Assembly: GCA_965248575.1 (NCBI GenBank) | Contig: CBDFJQ010000002.1 | Coordinates: 3,360,001-3,424,000, forward strand | Reading direction: 5' to 3' | Length of the DNA stretch: 64,000 bases | From: Planctomycetota bacterium | GTDB lineage: Bacteria > Planctomycetota > B15-G4 | Part shown: positions 20,244 to 30,595 of the stretch, in pieces | Numbering within the stretch: the stretch's first letter is position 1 | How the letters are laid out: every line of letters starts with the position of its first letter | Notes under the pieces: generated by a model | Database searches by the model: none | What the model was told of the DNA's origin: nothing | What the model saw: only the letters and a program-made list of their open reading frames with translations | Program-made: the position numbers and the translations under genes

Positions 20244-20762
20244 TCATGCCTCGGGGGTGAGCGCGCCGAGGCTTGCGCGCAGGGTCTTCATGCCTTCGTG
20301 GATGAGCACGCCCACGTAGCTCACGGAGTGGCTCGTGATGCCACTGATCTCCTTGTAGGAGAGGCCGTTCTGGAACTTCAGCCGGATCACTTCCTGTTGT
20401 CGCGGCGGAAGTCGGTCCAGCAGGGCGAACACCCGGCCCAGCGTCTCGCTCTTCTCCATCGCCGCGGAGGGCGGCGGTTCCTTTGTCGTCAGGGCGGCGA
20501 AGCCCGTTTCATCGGTTGTCTTCATGCGGCCTTCCTTGCGGCACACATCCAGTGCGCGGTTGCGGCAGACCGTGAAGAGCCAAGGCAGCACGTGGTTCTC
20601 GACATCCCCACGTTGCTGTTGGAAGAGGCGCAGGAAGCTGTCCTGCACCACATCCCGGGCCCGGTCGGGGTCGCCCAGAATCCGCGCGGCGTAGCGCAGC
20701 AAGGCGGCTTCATGCTCCACAACTTGGGAGCGGAACCAGAGCCTGTCATCCGAGGTCTTCAT
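20244..20762 (-). CDS. ECF sigma-70 factor
   Basis: Region 2 ARDVVQDSF...WLFTVCRNRALD; region 4 LPPRQQEV..LKF..GLSYKEIS. Confidence 0.92.
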   Translation of the reverse strand: MKTSDDRLWFRSQVVEHEAALLRYAARILGDPDRARDVVQDSFLRLFQQQRGDVENHVLPWLFTVCRNRALDVCRKEGRMKTTDETGFAALTTKEPPPSAAMEKSETLGRVFALLDRLPPRQQEVIRLKFQNGLSYKEISGITSHSVSYVGVLIHEGMKTLRASLGALTPEA

Positions 20763-21061
20763 CGGTCTCCGTTTGGGTCGTCCTGCCGCAAGAGACGGGC
20801 CACGGGCGTGCTTCTTAGTCAGTCACCCGAGAAAGTGGCCTGCGCAGCGATCCTACGGAGGTCGAGGGGCCGATGCGGGCTCTGGCCGCCTATCGGCCCT
20901 TGCCGGGCCGATCCGCCGTGAGGGCGGCCCGGTGGACTGCCCAAGGGGGAGTCAGGGCCCCAGCAATGGGCTGGAACCCCGGTTCAAGTGCCGGGCTGGG
21001 GCTGCCGAAGAGAGCAGACCAGCGCGGATTCGCGCGAGAACCAACGACTGGAACGAAGGCC

Positions 21062-21877
21062 ATGGAAGACGTCTATTTCGAGCGCATCGCCGGTGTGGGT
21101 GAGCGGACTGACGGGTCGCAACCTCGACAGCCTCAGGCCGTTCAGCCCCAAGGCCGCCCCGTGCTCAACATGGCCTTGGACGACGGTGTGCCCGTGGCCA
21201 ACCTGAACGACGAGCCCGCATCCATGTCCATGGCCAGCGGCCCGGCGAACCCCTCCAACGTCGAGTGCGACGAGAACGGCTTCCCCCTCTCCCCACTGCG
21301 CGACCAGGAAGAGCTCTGGTTCATGCAGGCCGCCGCGCTCTACCGGCCCATCGCCAAGGGCGTGAGCCTTGCCCGCAGCAGCGGCATGTTCCTGCTGTTC
21401 AGTGGCTTCCTCGCGCTTCTCTCCGGCGCCCTGTCCACCGACCCCATGGCGCTCGCCGTGGGCGTGGTGCTCGTGGCCCTGGGCTTCGTCGAGCGCAACA
21501 GCGCCGCCAAACTCTCCGAGGCCCAACCTTCCGCTGCCACGAAGCTCGCTCTCAACCAGCTGTTCGTCTTCGCCCTGATCGCCGGCTCGTCCTACATCAC
21601 GGCCTCCGGCCTGGAAGCGGAAACCGCGCAGGCCATGACCATGACCGAAGCCGAGCTGGCGCAGATCCCCCCGGAAGCCCAGGGCTTCGCGCAGAGCCTG
21701 AGCGAGATGGGCCCCAAGCTCATCTACGTGATCTTCGGGGCCATGGTGGCCATCAGCGCCCTGTTCCAGGGAGCCTTGGCGCTGTACTACTTCAGCCGTC
21801 GCAAGAAGGTGAAGACCTTCCTGTCGGAGTTGCCGCCTTGGGTGAGCAACATCGTGACGACGGTCAGCATGCGCTGA
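21062..21877 (+). CDS. Hypothetical membrane protein (about 4 TM)
   Basis: GAAGG RBS before ATG 21062, strong coding bias, hydrophobic helices. Confidence 0.75.
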   Translation: MEDVYFERIAGVGERTDGSQPRQPQAVQPQGRPVLNMALDDGVPVANLNDEPASMSMASGPANPSNVECDENGFPLSPLRDQEELWFMQAAALYRPIAKGVSLARSSGMFLLFSGFLALLSGALSTDPMALAVGVVLVALGFVERNSAAKLSEAQPSAATKLALNQLFVFALIAGSSYITASGLEAETAQAMTMTEAELAQIPPEAQGFAQSLSEMGPKLIYVIFGAMVAISALFQGALALYYFSRRKKVKTFLSELPPWVSNIVTTVSMR

Positions 21878-22002
21878 TCGCCCCTTGAGCAGGGCCCGCG
21901 CCCTCCCAAGACCCCGCCTCGCTGATTCCGCCGCAGTGCCGCCATGACCCGGCGGCATCCAGCCCCTATGATCTCCCCTCCACTTCGCGGGAGGGCCTCC
22001 TG

Positions 22003-22938
22003 GTGCACGCGGTTCAGATCGACTCTGTCAGCAAGAGCTACGGCGATTTCATCGCCGTTTCGGACCTCTCACTGAGCGTCCCAGCCGGCTCCATCTACGG
22101 CTTCATTGGGCCCAACGGCTCCGGCAAGACCACCACCTTGCGGATGATCCTGAACATCATCCACCCGGACACCGGCAGCATCGAAGTCCTGGGGCAGAAG
22201 GACGCGCGGGCCGCCAACGATCGCGTGGGCTATCTGCCCGAGGAGCGTGGCCTCTACAAGAAGATGAAGGTGCGCCACCTGCTCGCCTACTACGGCGCGC
22301 TCAAGGGCATGTCCCCGCGGGATGCCAAGCAAGGCAGCGAGGAGTGGCTCGAGCGCTTCAACCTGGCCGACGCCGCCGACCGCAAGATCGAAGCCCTTAG
22401 CAAGGGCATGGCACAGAAGGTGCAGTTCATCGCGACGGTGCTGGCGAAACCCGAGATGATCATTCTCGATGAGCCCTTCAGCGGCCTCGACCCGGTGAAC
22501 CTGGAAGCCATCCGGCAGTCGGTGCTGGAGTTGAGCAAGAGCGGGACCACCGTCATCTTCTCGACCCACGACATGAGCATGGCCGAGAAGATGTGCGACT
22601 TCATCTTCATGATCTTCAAGGGCAACAAGGTTCTCGATGGAACCCTGGACAGCATCCAGGAGACCTACGGTTCGGACACAATCCGGCTGCGCATCGAAGC
22701 GGGCCAGGAGCTGCTCGAGCGGCATCCGCTCGTGAACAACGTCATCAACGTGGGCCAGTACCAGGAGGTGCGCGTGAACGGCGACCCCCAGGAACTGCTC
22801 AGCTCCCTGGTGGCCCAAACCCGGGTTTCGCTGTTCGAGATCGCCCGGCCTTCCCTGCAGGACATCTTCGTGCGCATCGCCGGCCCGGAAGCCGAGCGCG
22901 CTACCGAAGAATCCGCCGCCCAAGCCTCGGCCTCCTGA
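22003..22938 (+). CDS. ABC-2 type transporter ATP-binding protein (NatA/YhaQ-like)
   Basis: GPNGSGKT, GYLPEERGLY, LSKGMAQK, ILDEPFSGLDP, STH. Confidence 0.93.
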   Translation: MHAVQIDSVSKSYGDFIAVSDLSLSVPAGSIYGFIGPNGSGKTTTLRMILNIIHPDTGSIEVLGQKDARAANDRVGYLPEERGLYKKMKVRHLLAYYGALKGMSPRDAKQGSEEWLERFNLADAADRKIEALSKGMAQKVQFIATVLAKPEMIILDEPFSGLDPVNLEAIRQSVLELSKSGTTVIFSTHDMSMAEKMCDFIFMIFKGNKVLDGTLDSIQETYGSDTIRLRIEAGQELLERHPLVNNVINVGQYQEVRVNGDPQELLSSLVAQTRVSLFEIARPSLQDIFVRIAGPEAERATEESAAQASAS

Positions 22939-22951
22939 GAGACGCGCTCCC

Positions 22952-24328
22952 ATGTCCAAGATCCTGACCGTCGCCCGCGCCGAGTACGTCAAGGCCACCC
23001 GCTCGAAGGCCTTCATCGTGGGCATCCTCATGACGCCGTTGATGTTCGGCGGCAGCCTGCTCGTCATGGCCCTCAACGAGAACACCGTAGATGTGGAACA
23101 GCGGCGCTTCGTCGTCGTGGACCGCTCTGAAGCCCTCTACGAGACCTTGGAAGATGCCGCCGAAGAACGGAACAGGATGTTCATCTGGGATGATGAAGAG
23201 CCTGAGACGCAAGTGCGACCCGAGTGGACACCGAGCCTCTACGACGGTGAGCTGGACGGGGCACCCATGGCCGGTGAATCTGGGGAGGCCGAAGGCTCCT
23301 TGGAGCTTGAGCTGTCGAAGCAGGTGAAGGACAAGGAGATCCTGGGCTTCGTGATCATGGGCAAGGACCTCTTCACCTCCGCCAGCGACGACCCGGACGG
23401 CGAACTCGACCGGGAGTTCAGCTGGCACACCGAAACGCCCACCTACAAAGACCTGCCCAACTGGATCGAGCGCAAGGTCAACACCGTCCTCCGGGATGCG
23501 CGCTTCAAGGAAGCCAATCTCGATCAGTCCCTCGTGAACTCACTCACGCGGTCCGAGAACCTGCGCACCCTCGGGCTCACCAAGCAGGACAAGAGCACGG
23601 GCCAGGTCATCGAGGCCGAAGAAGACGAGCCCCTCGCCATCTACGCCGTGCCTGGGGCCCTGGCCCTGATGCTGTTCATGCTGGTGGTCATGAGCGTCCC
23701 GGCACTCATGAACAACGTGCTCGAAGAGAAGATGCAGAAGATCGCGGAGGTGCTGGTCTCCTCCGTCACGCCCTTCGAATTGCTGATGGGCAAGCTGCTC
23801 GCCACGGTGGGCGTCTCACTCACCTTGGGCTTCCTCTACATCGGCACGACCCTGGTCTTCGTGCACAACGTCGACGGGGTTCCACCCCAGGTCCTGGACG
23901 CCATCAGCCCCGGCATCCTGCTCTGGTTCAGCTTCTTCCTGCTGCTGGCCCTGCTCATCTTCGGGTCCATGTTCTCGGCGCTCGGCTCGGCCTGTTCCGA
24001 GCTGCAGGACGCCCAGACCCTGATGATGCCGGCCATGATGTTGATGATGATGCCCATGTTCTTCCTGGGGCCGATCATCGAGAACCCCGGGGGCAGCCTG
24101 GCCAAGATCCTCTCGCTGATCCCGCCCTTCACCCCGATGATCATGTTCCTGCGCATGGCCATCCCCCCAGGTGTCGAGTGGTGGGAGCTGACCCTCGCGG
24201 TGATCTTGACCCTCGCCTTCACGACAGCCTGCGTCACCGGCTCCGCGAAGATCTTCCGCATCGGAATCCTGTCCCAGGGCCAGACGCCGTCCTACAAGAA
24301 CCTCGTGGGCTGGCTCTTCAGCAAGTAG
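22952..24328 (+). CDS. ABC-2 type transporter permease (NatB/YhaP-like)
   Basis: N-terminal TM helix, large extracytoplasmic loop, EEK..KIAEVLVSSV.P..LL.GK, further TM helices. Confidence 0.9.
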   Translation: MSKILTVARAEYVKATRSKAFIVGILMTPLMFGGSLLVMALNENTVDVEQRRFVVVDRSEALYETLEDAAEERNRMFIWDDEEPETQVRPEWTPSLYDGELDGAPMAGESGEAEGSLELELSKQVKDKEILGFVIMGKDLFTSASDDPDGELDREFSWHTETPTYKDLPNWIERKVNTVLRDARFKEANLDQSLVNSLTRSENLRTLGLTKQDKSTGQVIEAEEDEPLAIYAVPGALALMLFMLVVMSVPALMNNVLEEKMQKIAEVLVSSVTPFELLMGKLLATVGVSLTLGFLYIGTTLVFVHNVDGVPPQVLDAISPGILLWFSFFLLLALLIFGSMFSALGSACSELQDAQTLMMPAMMLMMMPMFFLGPIIENPGGSLAKILSLIPPFTPMIMFLRMAIPPGVEWWELTLAVILTLAFTTACVTGSAKIFRIGILSQGQTPSYKNLVGWLFSK

Positions 24329-24380
24329 GTCGCCCATCGCTGGGCGCGGCCGGCGCAATCTCGCCGCCGTCCTGGCGCAC

Positions 24381-25397
24381 CTACAACTGCTTCATGGCAT
24401 CCATGAGATGCGGCTGGAAGGCCGCGCGCAAGCTGTCGTTCGGCCAGGCCAGGACGTCGAGCGGCGACTCGGTGTCCAAGGGCGCATCCAGGTCGTCGCC
24501 GTTCGCATCCAGGACCGAGACGCCCGCCTCGCGATAGATGAGCAACGCCGCGAGGTCGTAGGGCTTCGCCGTGAAGTTGGCGAGCCCCCGGGTGCGACGC
24601 AGCCAGGCCCGAAGGTCCGCGAGCATGCGGTAGCGCCCGGTCGTCACCAGGAACAGCTGCCCGGCGCTACATAGGTACTGGTCGTCGTAGACGAAACGCG
24701 GGTCGATACCATGGGCCGGAAGCGCACTCTCGAGAAAGAGCCGCTCAAGCTGAGCCACCAACGGGCGCTCCACGGCGAGGTAGCGCGTGAAGGCGAAGTA
24801 GCCGTTGCTGAGCGGGAGCTGCTGCGGCGCCCTGAGGGGCCCCTCCTCCAGGACCTCGCCCGTGGCCACGTCGTGCCGCGCGATGCGCGCCCCCTGCCCG
24901 CGGATGGCTGTCAGCACGTGATAGACCGCCGCAGTGGTCGTGGGCAATTCCGTCTGCACGGCCAGCTCGATGTCGGAGAGTCGCGTGGCGTCGCCACGAT
25001 CGCGGGCGACGCCGGTGAGCGCCCAGGCTGAACGCATGTCGTGCATGAGCGAGCGCGTTCCATCCACGGGGTCGATGAGCACACGCAGGGCGGGACCCTG
25101 GTCGGCACCCCTTCCCTCGTAGCGGCTGATGCCCGGCCCCTCGCTCACCACCGTCAGCGGCTGACTGCCCGCCACCTCCTGCGCGAAGGCCTCGATGGCC
25201 GCCTCTGCCGGAAGGTCAAGGGCGTAGGACACATCGCCAGCCCCCCACGCGCCGGGCTGGTTCGCCAAGCTCGGGTCGGCAGCCGTTCGCGCACTGTGCA
25301 AGCACTCCGAGACACCGCTGCGAATCGCTTCATGCAGCCGGCGAACACAGCCCATGAGCTGCTCATGATCAATAGCTGGGTCTGGCGAATCGCTCAT
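24381..25397 (-). CDS. Inositol monophosphatase/FBPase (FIG) superfamily protein
   Basis: VSEG, LIDPVDGTR, KPYDLAA...EAG motifs. Confidence 0.8.
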   Translation of the reverse strand: MSDSPDPAIDHEQLMGCVRRLHEAIRSGVSECLHSARTAADPSLANQPGAWGAGDVSYALDLPAEAAIEAFAQEVAGSQPLTVVSEGPGISRYEGRGADQGPALRVLIDPVDGTRSLMHDMRSAWALTGVARDRGDATRLSDIELAVQTELPTTTAAVYHVLTAIRGQGARIARHDVATGEVLEEGPLRAPQQLPLSNGYFAFTRYLAVERPLVAQLERLFLESALPAHGIDPRFVYDDQYLCSAGQLFLVTTGRYRMLADLRAWLRRTRGLANFTAKPYDLAALLIYREAGVSVLDANGDDLDAPLDTESPLDVLAWPNDSLRAAFQPHLMDAMKQL

Positions 25398-26755
25398 GAG
25401 GTCGTGCCCCCAGGCTGAGGGACCAAGGCAGCAAACAAGACCACCAGAGCAGCGGTTCGCAGCGGGATGCCCAAGGCAAGGTCCGCGCTCTCGTCCAAGC
25501 TACCGAGGGGGAGCGCCAAGACGAGCAGGCAAGCCGAGGCAACCCACGTCGCCAGGGACCGCTCTCGAAACAGGAGGCGTGCGAGGACAGCGCCTGTGGG
25601 CACCGCCAGGAACACGAGGTGGTGTGGCCAGGTGACGCTCGAAATCAGCAGCATCGCCACCACGCCCAAGCCGTACTCCCTGAGACGGGCGAAGACCGGT
25701 TCCCGGCCCAGCGTCGAGGGCGCAGCGCCCTGCCCGTGGCCCGTGCCCGACCGCAACGCGAACCAGAGCTGGACACAGACGAGAGCCGTCACGGCCCACG
25801 CGCCGATCATCGCCATGAGACGCGGCGCATCGGCCTCCAGCATCGCTCGCGAAAGCACGCCATTGGGTGCGAGGTTCCAACTGTGCAGGCTGTTGTTGAA
25901 GCGCCCCGCCTCCAGCTCCGGTGCATAGCCCAGCACCGGCAGCACTCGCGTGAACCAGCTGGCGTGGATCGCCCAACCGCTCCAGGCAACGGAGGCCAAG
26001 CCCATCGCCAGCAGGCTGACCCCCGCCGAGATCACGGCGCGCCGGCGGCCTGCCAGCGCCACCACCACCACGAGCCAGAGCGGCGACACCTTGGCCACGG
26101 CAGCGAGCGCCAGGCAAAAGCCCTCCAGCACGGGCCGCCCAAAGCACGCCGCGTGCAACGCGCCCAGGAGAGCCGCCGTCGCCAGCAGGTTCGTGCTGTT
26201 CATGGCGAGGCTCATCCACAGCCCCTCGCCGAGCCCCATGGCCCCCAGGGCGATGGCGAAGCACGCCAACCAGATGCCGCGCGACGGCTTCCCAGCTCGA
26301 CCCAGATCAGCTCGATCGCGCCACCGCAGAGCACATGCCAGGACAGAGGCGAGCAGCAGCACCGCCAGGGCAGCGAGGGCGAGGTTCAGCTTCAGAGCGA
26401 CGGAATAGGCCGTGGGCAGATCGTGCCTGGCGAGCAGCCCGTAGAGCCGGATGACCAGCGGGTTGGCCGCACAGAAGGGCGTCGCTGGCCGGCCGTCACG
26501 GCGGCCAATGCCGTCGAGCACCTCGGGGTCATGAATGTCCAAGCCCTCCGCCAACCCCCGCCCCGCCGCATGCAGGATCTGGAAGTCAGAGGAGATCTGG
26601 CTGGCCTGCGAGACGAGGGAATCGAGCCAGGGGGTCGTCAGGCCCACGACCAACACACCCAGCACGAGGGTGCAGGCCGTCAGCGAGCGGCTGAGTCCGC
26701 TCGCCGGTTTCCGTCGGTGGTCCGGTGCCGTTTCCGGAGTTGGAGTCGGCGACAC
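25394..26755 (-). CDS. Polytopic GT-C glycosyltransferase, GT87/DUF2029-like
   Basis: SDF motif after TM1, AKVSP, WPHHLV, many TM helices. Start uncertain (GTG 26755 assumed). Confidence 0.7.
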   Translation of the reverse strand: MSPTPTPETAPDHRRKPASGLSRSLTACTLVLGVLVVGLTTPWLDSLVSQASQISSDFQILHAAGRGLAEGLDIHDPEVLDGIGRRDGRPATPFCAANPLVIRLYGLLARHDLPTAYSVALKLNLALAALAVLLLASVLACALRWRDRADLGRAGKPSRGIWLACFAIALGAMGLGEGLWMSLAMNSTNLLATAALLGALHAACFGRPVLEGFCLALAAVAKVSPLWLVVVVALAGRRRAVISAGVSLLAMGLASVAWSGWAIHASWFTRVLPVLGYAPELEAGRFNNSLHSWNLAPNGVLSRAMLEADAPRLMAMIGAWAVTALVCVQLWFALRSGTGHGQGAAPSTLGREPVFARLREYGLGVVAMLLISSVTWPHHLVFLAVPTGAVLARLLFRERSLATWVASACLLVLALPLGSLDESADLALGIPLRTAALVVLFAALVPQPGGTTS

Positions 26756-26763
26756 CTCGGGCC

Positions 26764-27627
26764 TCAGCCCGCGAGCGCGCGAGCCGCGCGGTCGAGCTCG
26801 TCCAGGGAGTCCAGGACCTTGGGCGGCAGGGCGAGCGCGAAGCCCCTCGCCACCAGCTGGCGCACGAGACCTGCGGTGGACACATTCGACTCGGCACCCT
26901 TGGCGAACTGGCAACCGCCAAGCCCGCCGAAGGCCGCATCAAAGTCCCGACACCCGGCATCCAGGGCGGCGTCGACCAGCCTCTCTTGCGTCTCGGGGGT
27001 TACGTGCAGGTGCGCGCCGGGAACCGCCGCCCCCGCTCGACCCTGCGCGAGAGCGGCATAGATCTCGCCCACCCGCTCCGGCGTGGCCTGGGCCGTGGTG
27101 TCCGCCAAGCCCAGACGATCCACACCGGCAGCCTCGAAGCGCCCCACCCAATCCACCAGCTCCGCCAGCTCAAAGGGCTCGCCTTCGTTGTTGCCGAAGG
27201 CCATGGAGATGGTCACGTACATCTTGCGGCCCAGCGTATGCACGCGCTGCGTGAAACGCTCGACGTCCTCGGCCGCCTGCTCCCGGGAGCGGTTCGTGTT
27301 GCGTTGCTGAAAGGTCTCGGACAGTGAGAAGGGATACAGCACTTCGCCGATGCCCTTCGTCTGCAACACCCCTTCCAGGCCTCGTTCGTTTGCGACCAGC
27401 GCCATGAGCACCACACCCCGCGGCACATCCAGCAGCGCCGGCAACTGCGCCGTGTCGGCCATGGCCGGCACACGCTTGGGCGACACGAACGAGCCGATGT
27501 CGATGCTCAGGAAACCCGCGTTGAGCAGCTGCTGCAGGAATCCGACTTTGTCGGCGGTGGCCAGGGTGTGGGGCAAGCCCTGCCAAGCGTCGCGGGCCGT
27601 CTCGGTGATGGTCACGAGCTCAGTCAT
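26764..27627 (-). CDS. Hydroxymethylglutaryl-CoA lyase
   Basis: ETARDAWQG, GSFVSPKRVPAMAD, LADT, HLH, GGLGGC..N. Start MTELV at 27627. Confidence 0.88.
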   Translation of the reverse strand: MTELVTITETARDAWQGLPHTLATADKVGFLQQLLNAGFLSIDIGSFVSPKRVPAMADTAQLPALLDVPRGVVLMALVANERGLEGVLQTKGIGEVLYPFSLSETFQQRNTNRSREQAAEDVERFTQRVHTLGRKMYVTISMAFGNNEGEPFELAELVDWVGRFEAAGVDRLGLADTTAQATPERVGEIYAALAQGRAGAAVPGAHLHVTPETQERLVDAALDAGCRDFDAAFGGLGGCQFAKGAESNVSTAGLVRQLVARGFALALPPKVLDSLDELDRAARALAG

Positions 27628-27650
27628 GGGGCACCCCGCGCGCCGGCCCG

Positions 27651-29306
27651 TCAGGCCTGCAGGACTCCGGTTCGGAAGGGAGGCACGTCGGTGTTGTGGG
27701 CAGCTGCCGTCAGCGCCTTGATCAACACCTCGCGCGTGTCCTGCGGACCGATGATCCCGTCCACCCAGAGGCGGGCCGCAGCATGGCGCGGGTCCAGGGC
27801 CTTCGTGTAGGTCTTCTTGGTGTCGCGCATGAGCTTCTTGTGGATCTCCTCGTCCACCTCTTGGCCGGCCTTGCGCATCTGGGACTCGCGGATCTGCACC
27901 AGCACCTTGGCCGCGGCGTCGCCGCTCATGACGGCGTAACGGGCTGAGGGCCAGGCAAACAGGAAGCGCGGGTCGTAGGCCTTGCCGCACATGGCGTAGT
28001 GCCCGGCGCCAAAGGAGCCACCCATGATGATCGAGATCTTGGGGACCACTGAGTTGCTCACGGCGTTGACCATCTTCGCACCTGCGCGAATGATGCCCGC
28101 CTGCTCGGACTCAGTGCCCACCATGAAGCCATTGACGTCGTGCAGGAACACGAGCGGGATCAGGTTCTGGTTGCAGTCCATGATGAAGCGCGCAGCCTTT
28201 TCGGCGCTCTCCACATAGATCACGCCGCCGAACTCCACTCCCCGCTTCTTGTTCTTGGCGTTGATGCGTTGGTTGGCCACGATGCCCACTGACCATCCGC
28301 CGATGCGGGCGAAGCCGGTCACCAGGGTCTGGCCGTACTTCGGGCGGTATTCATCGAAGTCCGAGTCGTCGACCACGCGCGCGATCACCTCGCGCACGTC
28401 GTAGGCCTTCTTGCCGTCGGCGGGCACGAGCCCGGCCAGCTCGTCGATATCAAAACGGGGCTGGCGCGGACGCCGGCGATCGAACACGGGTGCAGGCGGT
28501 GGCCCGAAGCGGTCGACCAGGGAGCGGATCCGTGCGATGCAGGCCTCGTCGTCCGTCTCGTGGAAGTCCACGGTGCCGCTGGTCTCGCTGTGCATCGTGG
28601 CCCCACCCAGTTCTTCCGGGTCGGCCTCCTGCCCGATGGCAGCCTTCACCAGGGCGGGCCCGGCCAGGAACATGCCGGAGCCCTCGGTCATCAGGATCGT
28701 GTCGCACATCACGGGCAGATACGCCCCACCAGCAACGCAGGCACCCATGATGGCCGCCACCTGGGGCACACCCATGGCGGAGAGCACCGCGTTGTGACGG
28801 AACACCCGGCCAAAGTCGTCCTCGTCCGGGAACACCTCCTCTTGGAGCGGGAGGAACACGCCCGCTGAGTCCACGAGGTAGATGACGGGCAAGCGGTTCT
28901 CGATGGCCATGCGCTGGGCGCGAATGACCTTCTTGCAGGTCATGGGGAAGAACGCCCCTGCCTTCACCGTGGCATCGTTCGCGATGATGATGAACTGGCG
29001 ACCTTGAACCGTGCCTAGGCCCGTGACCACGCCAGCGGACGGAACACCGCCCCACTCCTCGTACATCTCCCAGGCCGCAAAGAGACCGAACTCCAGGAGG
29101 TCGGTGTCCTTGTCGAGCAACAGGCCGATGCGCTCCCTGGCGGTGAGCCGGCCTTTGGAGTGTTGACGGGCGATGGCTTTCTTGCCGCCACCCTGTTCAA
29201 GCAACGCCCGCTGTTCGGCGTAGAGCTTGAGCAACTGCGCGTAGACATTGCGGGCCGCGCGGGCCGCCTTGTCCTTCGCGATGTACTCAGAGGTCAGTCG
29301 AGTCAT
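27651..29306 (-). CDS. Acyl-CoA carboxylase carboxyltransferase subunit (methylcrotonyl-CoA carboxylase beta-like)
   Basis: GRLTARERI, ANDATVKAG, VDSAGVFLPLQ, CVAGGAY, GFMVG, SFGAGHYAMCG. Confidence 0.92.
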   Translation of the reverse strand: MTRLTSEYIAKDKAARAARNVYAQLLKLYAEQRALLEQGGGKKAIARQHSKGRLTARERIGLLLDKDTDLLEFGLFAAWEMYEEWGGVPSAGVVTGLGTVQGRQFIIIANDATVKAGAFFPMTCKKVIRAQRMAIENRLPVIYLVDSAGVFLPLQEEVFPDEDDFGRVFRHNAVLSAMGVPQVAAIMGACVAGGAYLPVMCDTILMTEGSGMFLAGPALVKAAIGQEADPEELGGATMHSETSGTVDFHETDDEACIARIRSLVDRFGPPPAPVFDRRRPRQPRFDIDELAGLVPADGKKAYDVREVIARVVDDSDFDEYRPKYGQTLVTGFARIGGWSVGIVANQRINAKNKKRGVEFGGVIYVESAEKAARFIMDCNQNLIPLVFLHDVNGFMVGTESEQAGIIRAGAKMVNAVSNSVVPKISIIMGGSFGAGHYAMCGKAYDPRFLFAWPSARYAVMSGDAAAKVLVQIRESQMRKAGQEVDEEIHKKLMRDTKKTYTKALDPRHAAARLWVDGIIGPQDTREVLIKALTAAAHNTDVPPFRTGVLQA

Positions 29307-29356
29307 GGGCCGCGCATTGTGGCCTCAGCGCTCGAAGAAGTGAAGACGGGGGCTTT

Positions 29357-30595
29357 TCAGCCGACGGCGGCGACCTGAGGCCGGGTGTCCCGCACCTCGA
29401 CCACGCGCACGGGCCTACCATCGAAGGCCAAGCTGAGTTGATGCGGTTCGAGCAGGATCGAGAGCTTCAGCACAGCCGCGGGATCAGCGGCGCGAGCGGC
29501 GGCGAGAGTGAGGCCTTCCAGCAGGCCCGCTTGCACCCGGTCTTCGAGGCCGGGATGCACTGAAAGGCCCGCCAAGGCCCTCCAAAGGGGTGAGAGCTGG
29601 CTGCAGAGCTCTCCCAGACGTCCACACCCAGCAGGCAACTCCACCTGGATCAGGTCGTTCCCCTGCTGAGCTCGCAGCTCCTCTGGGATGCTCATGTCGA
29701 AGCACAGGCGGAGCTCATCGGGGCCCAGGAAGGCACCGTCACAGTGCTGGGCAAGGCGCCGGTTCACGCCCTGATCGACAGCCGGCCAACCCACCCCAGG
29801 CCGGCTTCCCTGTCGCCAGGAAATGCTCAATCCGTCGGAATCGGAATCGACCCGGGCTTCCGCGTGTGCGGGGACCTGGGCTGCCAGGGCCTCGGACAAG
29901 CCTTGGGTGTCCGCTTCCGCCAACGCCCAGCGGGCCGGGTACGTCAGCTTGACGAGCTGCTTCCCGCGCTTGGCTCGACGGAAGAAGAAGCCTCGCACGA
30001 TGACCGAAAGATCCACGAGCAACACATCAAAGCCACCGCAGCGAGACAGGTGTTCGCAATACACCTGGTCAAGGTAGAGCCGGTCGGCAAGGCGGTTGAA
30101 GAAAACCTCGTCGACCTCGCCTCGATCCACCCGAGTCGCGAATCCGATCAAGCCTGGCTTCACGCCGCTCACGCGAGCTTCCAGGGTCGGCCAGCGCCGC
30201 TTGAGCGCGTCCAGGAACCCTGCCGATGAGGCTCGCGGGCCCACCAGACTCATGTAGCCCATGAGGACGCTCAACAGTTGCGGGAAACGCTCCAGGCCCG
30301 TGCCCACCAGCAGACCACCGATGGCCGTCCGCTCGCCTGTCAGCCGCCGCACCCGGAACGTCCGAAGCCGAAAGGGCATCCCCAGCACATCGTGCAGCCG
30401 GCGGGTGCTCCCATCGTCACCGCGCGACGCCCGGCGTTCGCGGCCCACGAACAGCTCCTTGCAGAAGACGGGTCCACGGGACTCGAGTTTGATGAGCAGT
30501 GCAATCAGCGGCAGCAGCGGCAGCAGCACCGCCAGGCCGAGCAGGGAGACCGTCAGATCCAGGGCACGCTTGGCGAATCGCGTCTTGGGGGACAT
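29357..30595 (-). CDS. Degenerate bacterial sugar (phosphoglycosyl) transferase with a long C-terminal extension
   Basis: KRALDL..TM..IKLES.GPVF, LE..PQL..VL.G.MSLVGPR, VKPGL.G, D..Y. Confidence 0.7.
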   Translation of the reverse strand: MSPKTRFAKRALDLTVSLLGLAVLLPLLPLIALLIKLESRGPVFCKELFVGRERRASRGDDGSTRRLHDVLGMPFRLRTFRVRRLTGERTAIGGLLVGTGLERFPQLLSVLMGYMSLVGPRASSAGFLDALKRRWPTLEARVSGVKPGLIGFATRVDRGEVDEVFFNRLADRLYLDQVYCEHLSRCGGFDVLLVDLSVIVRGFFFRRAKRGKQLVKLTYPARWALAEADTQGLSEALAAQVPAHAEARVDSDSDGLSISWRQGSRPGVGWPAVDQGVNRRLAQHCDGAFLGPDELRLCFDMSIPEELRAQQGNDLIQVELPAGCGRLGELCSQLSPLWRALAGLSVHPGLEDRVQAGLLEGLTLAAARAADPAAVLKLSILLEPHQLSLAFDGRPVRVVEVRDTRPQVAAVG

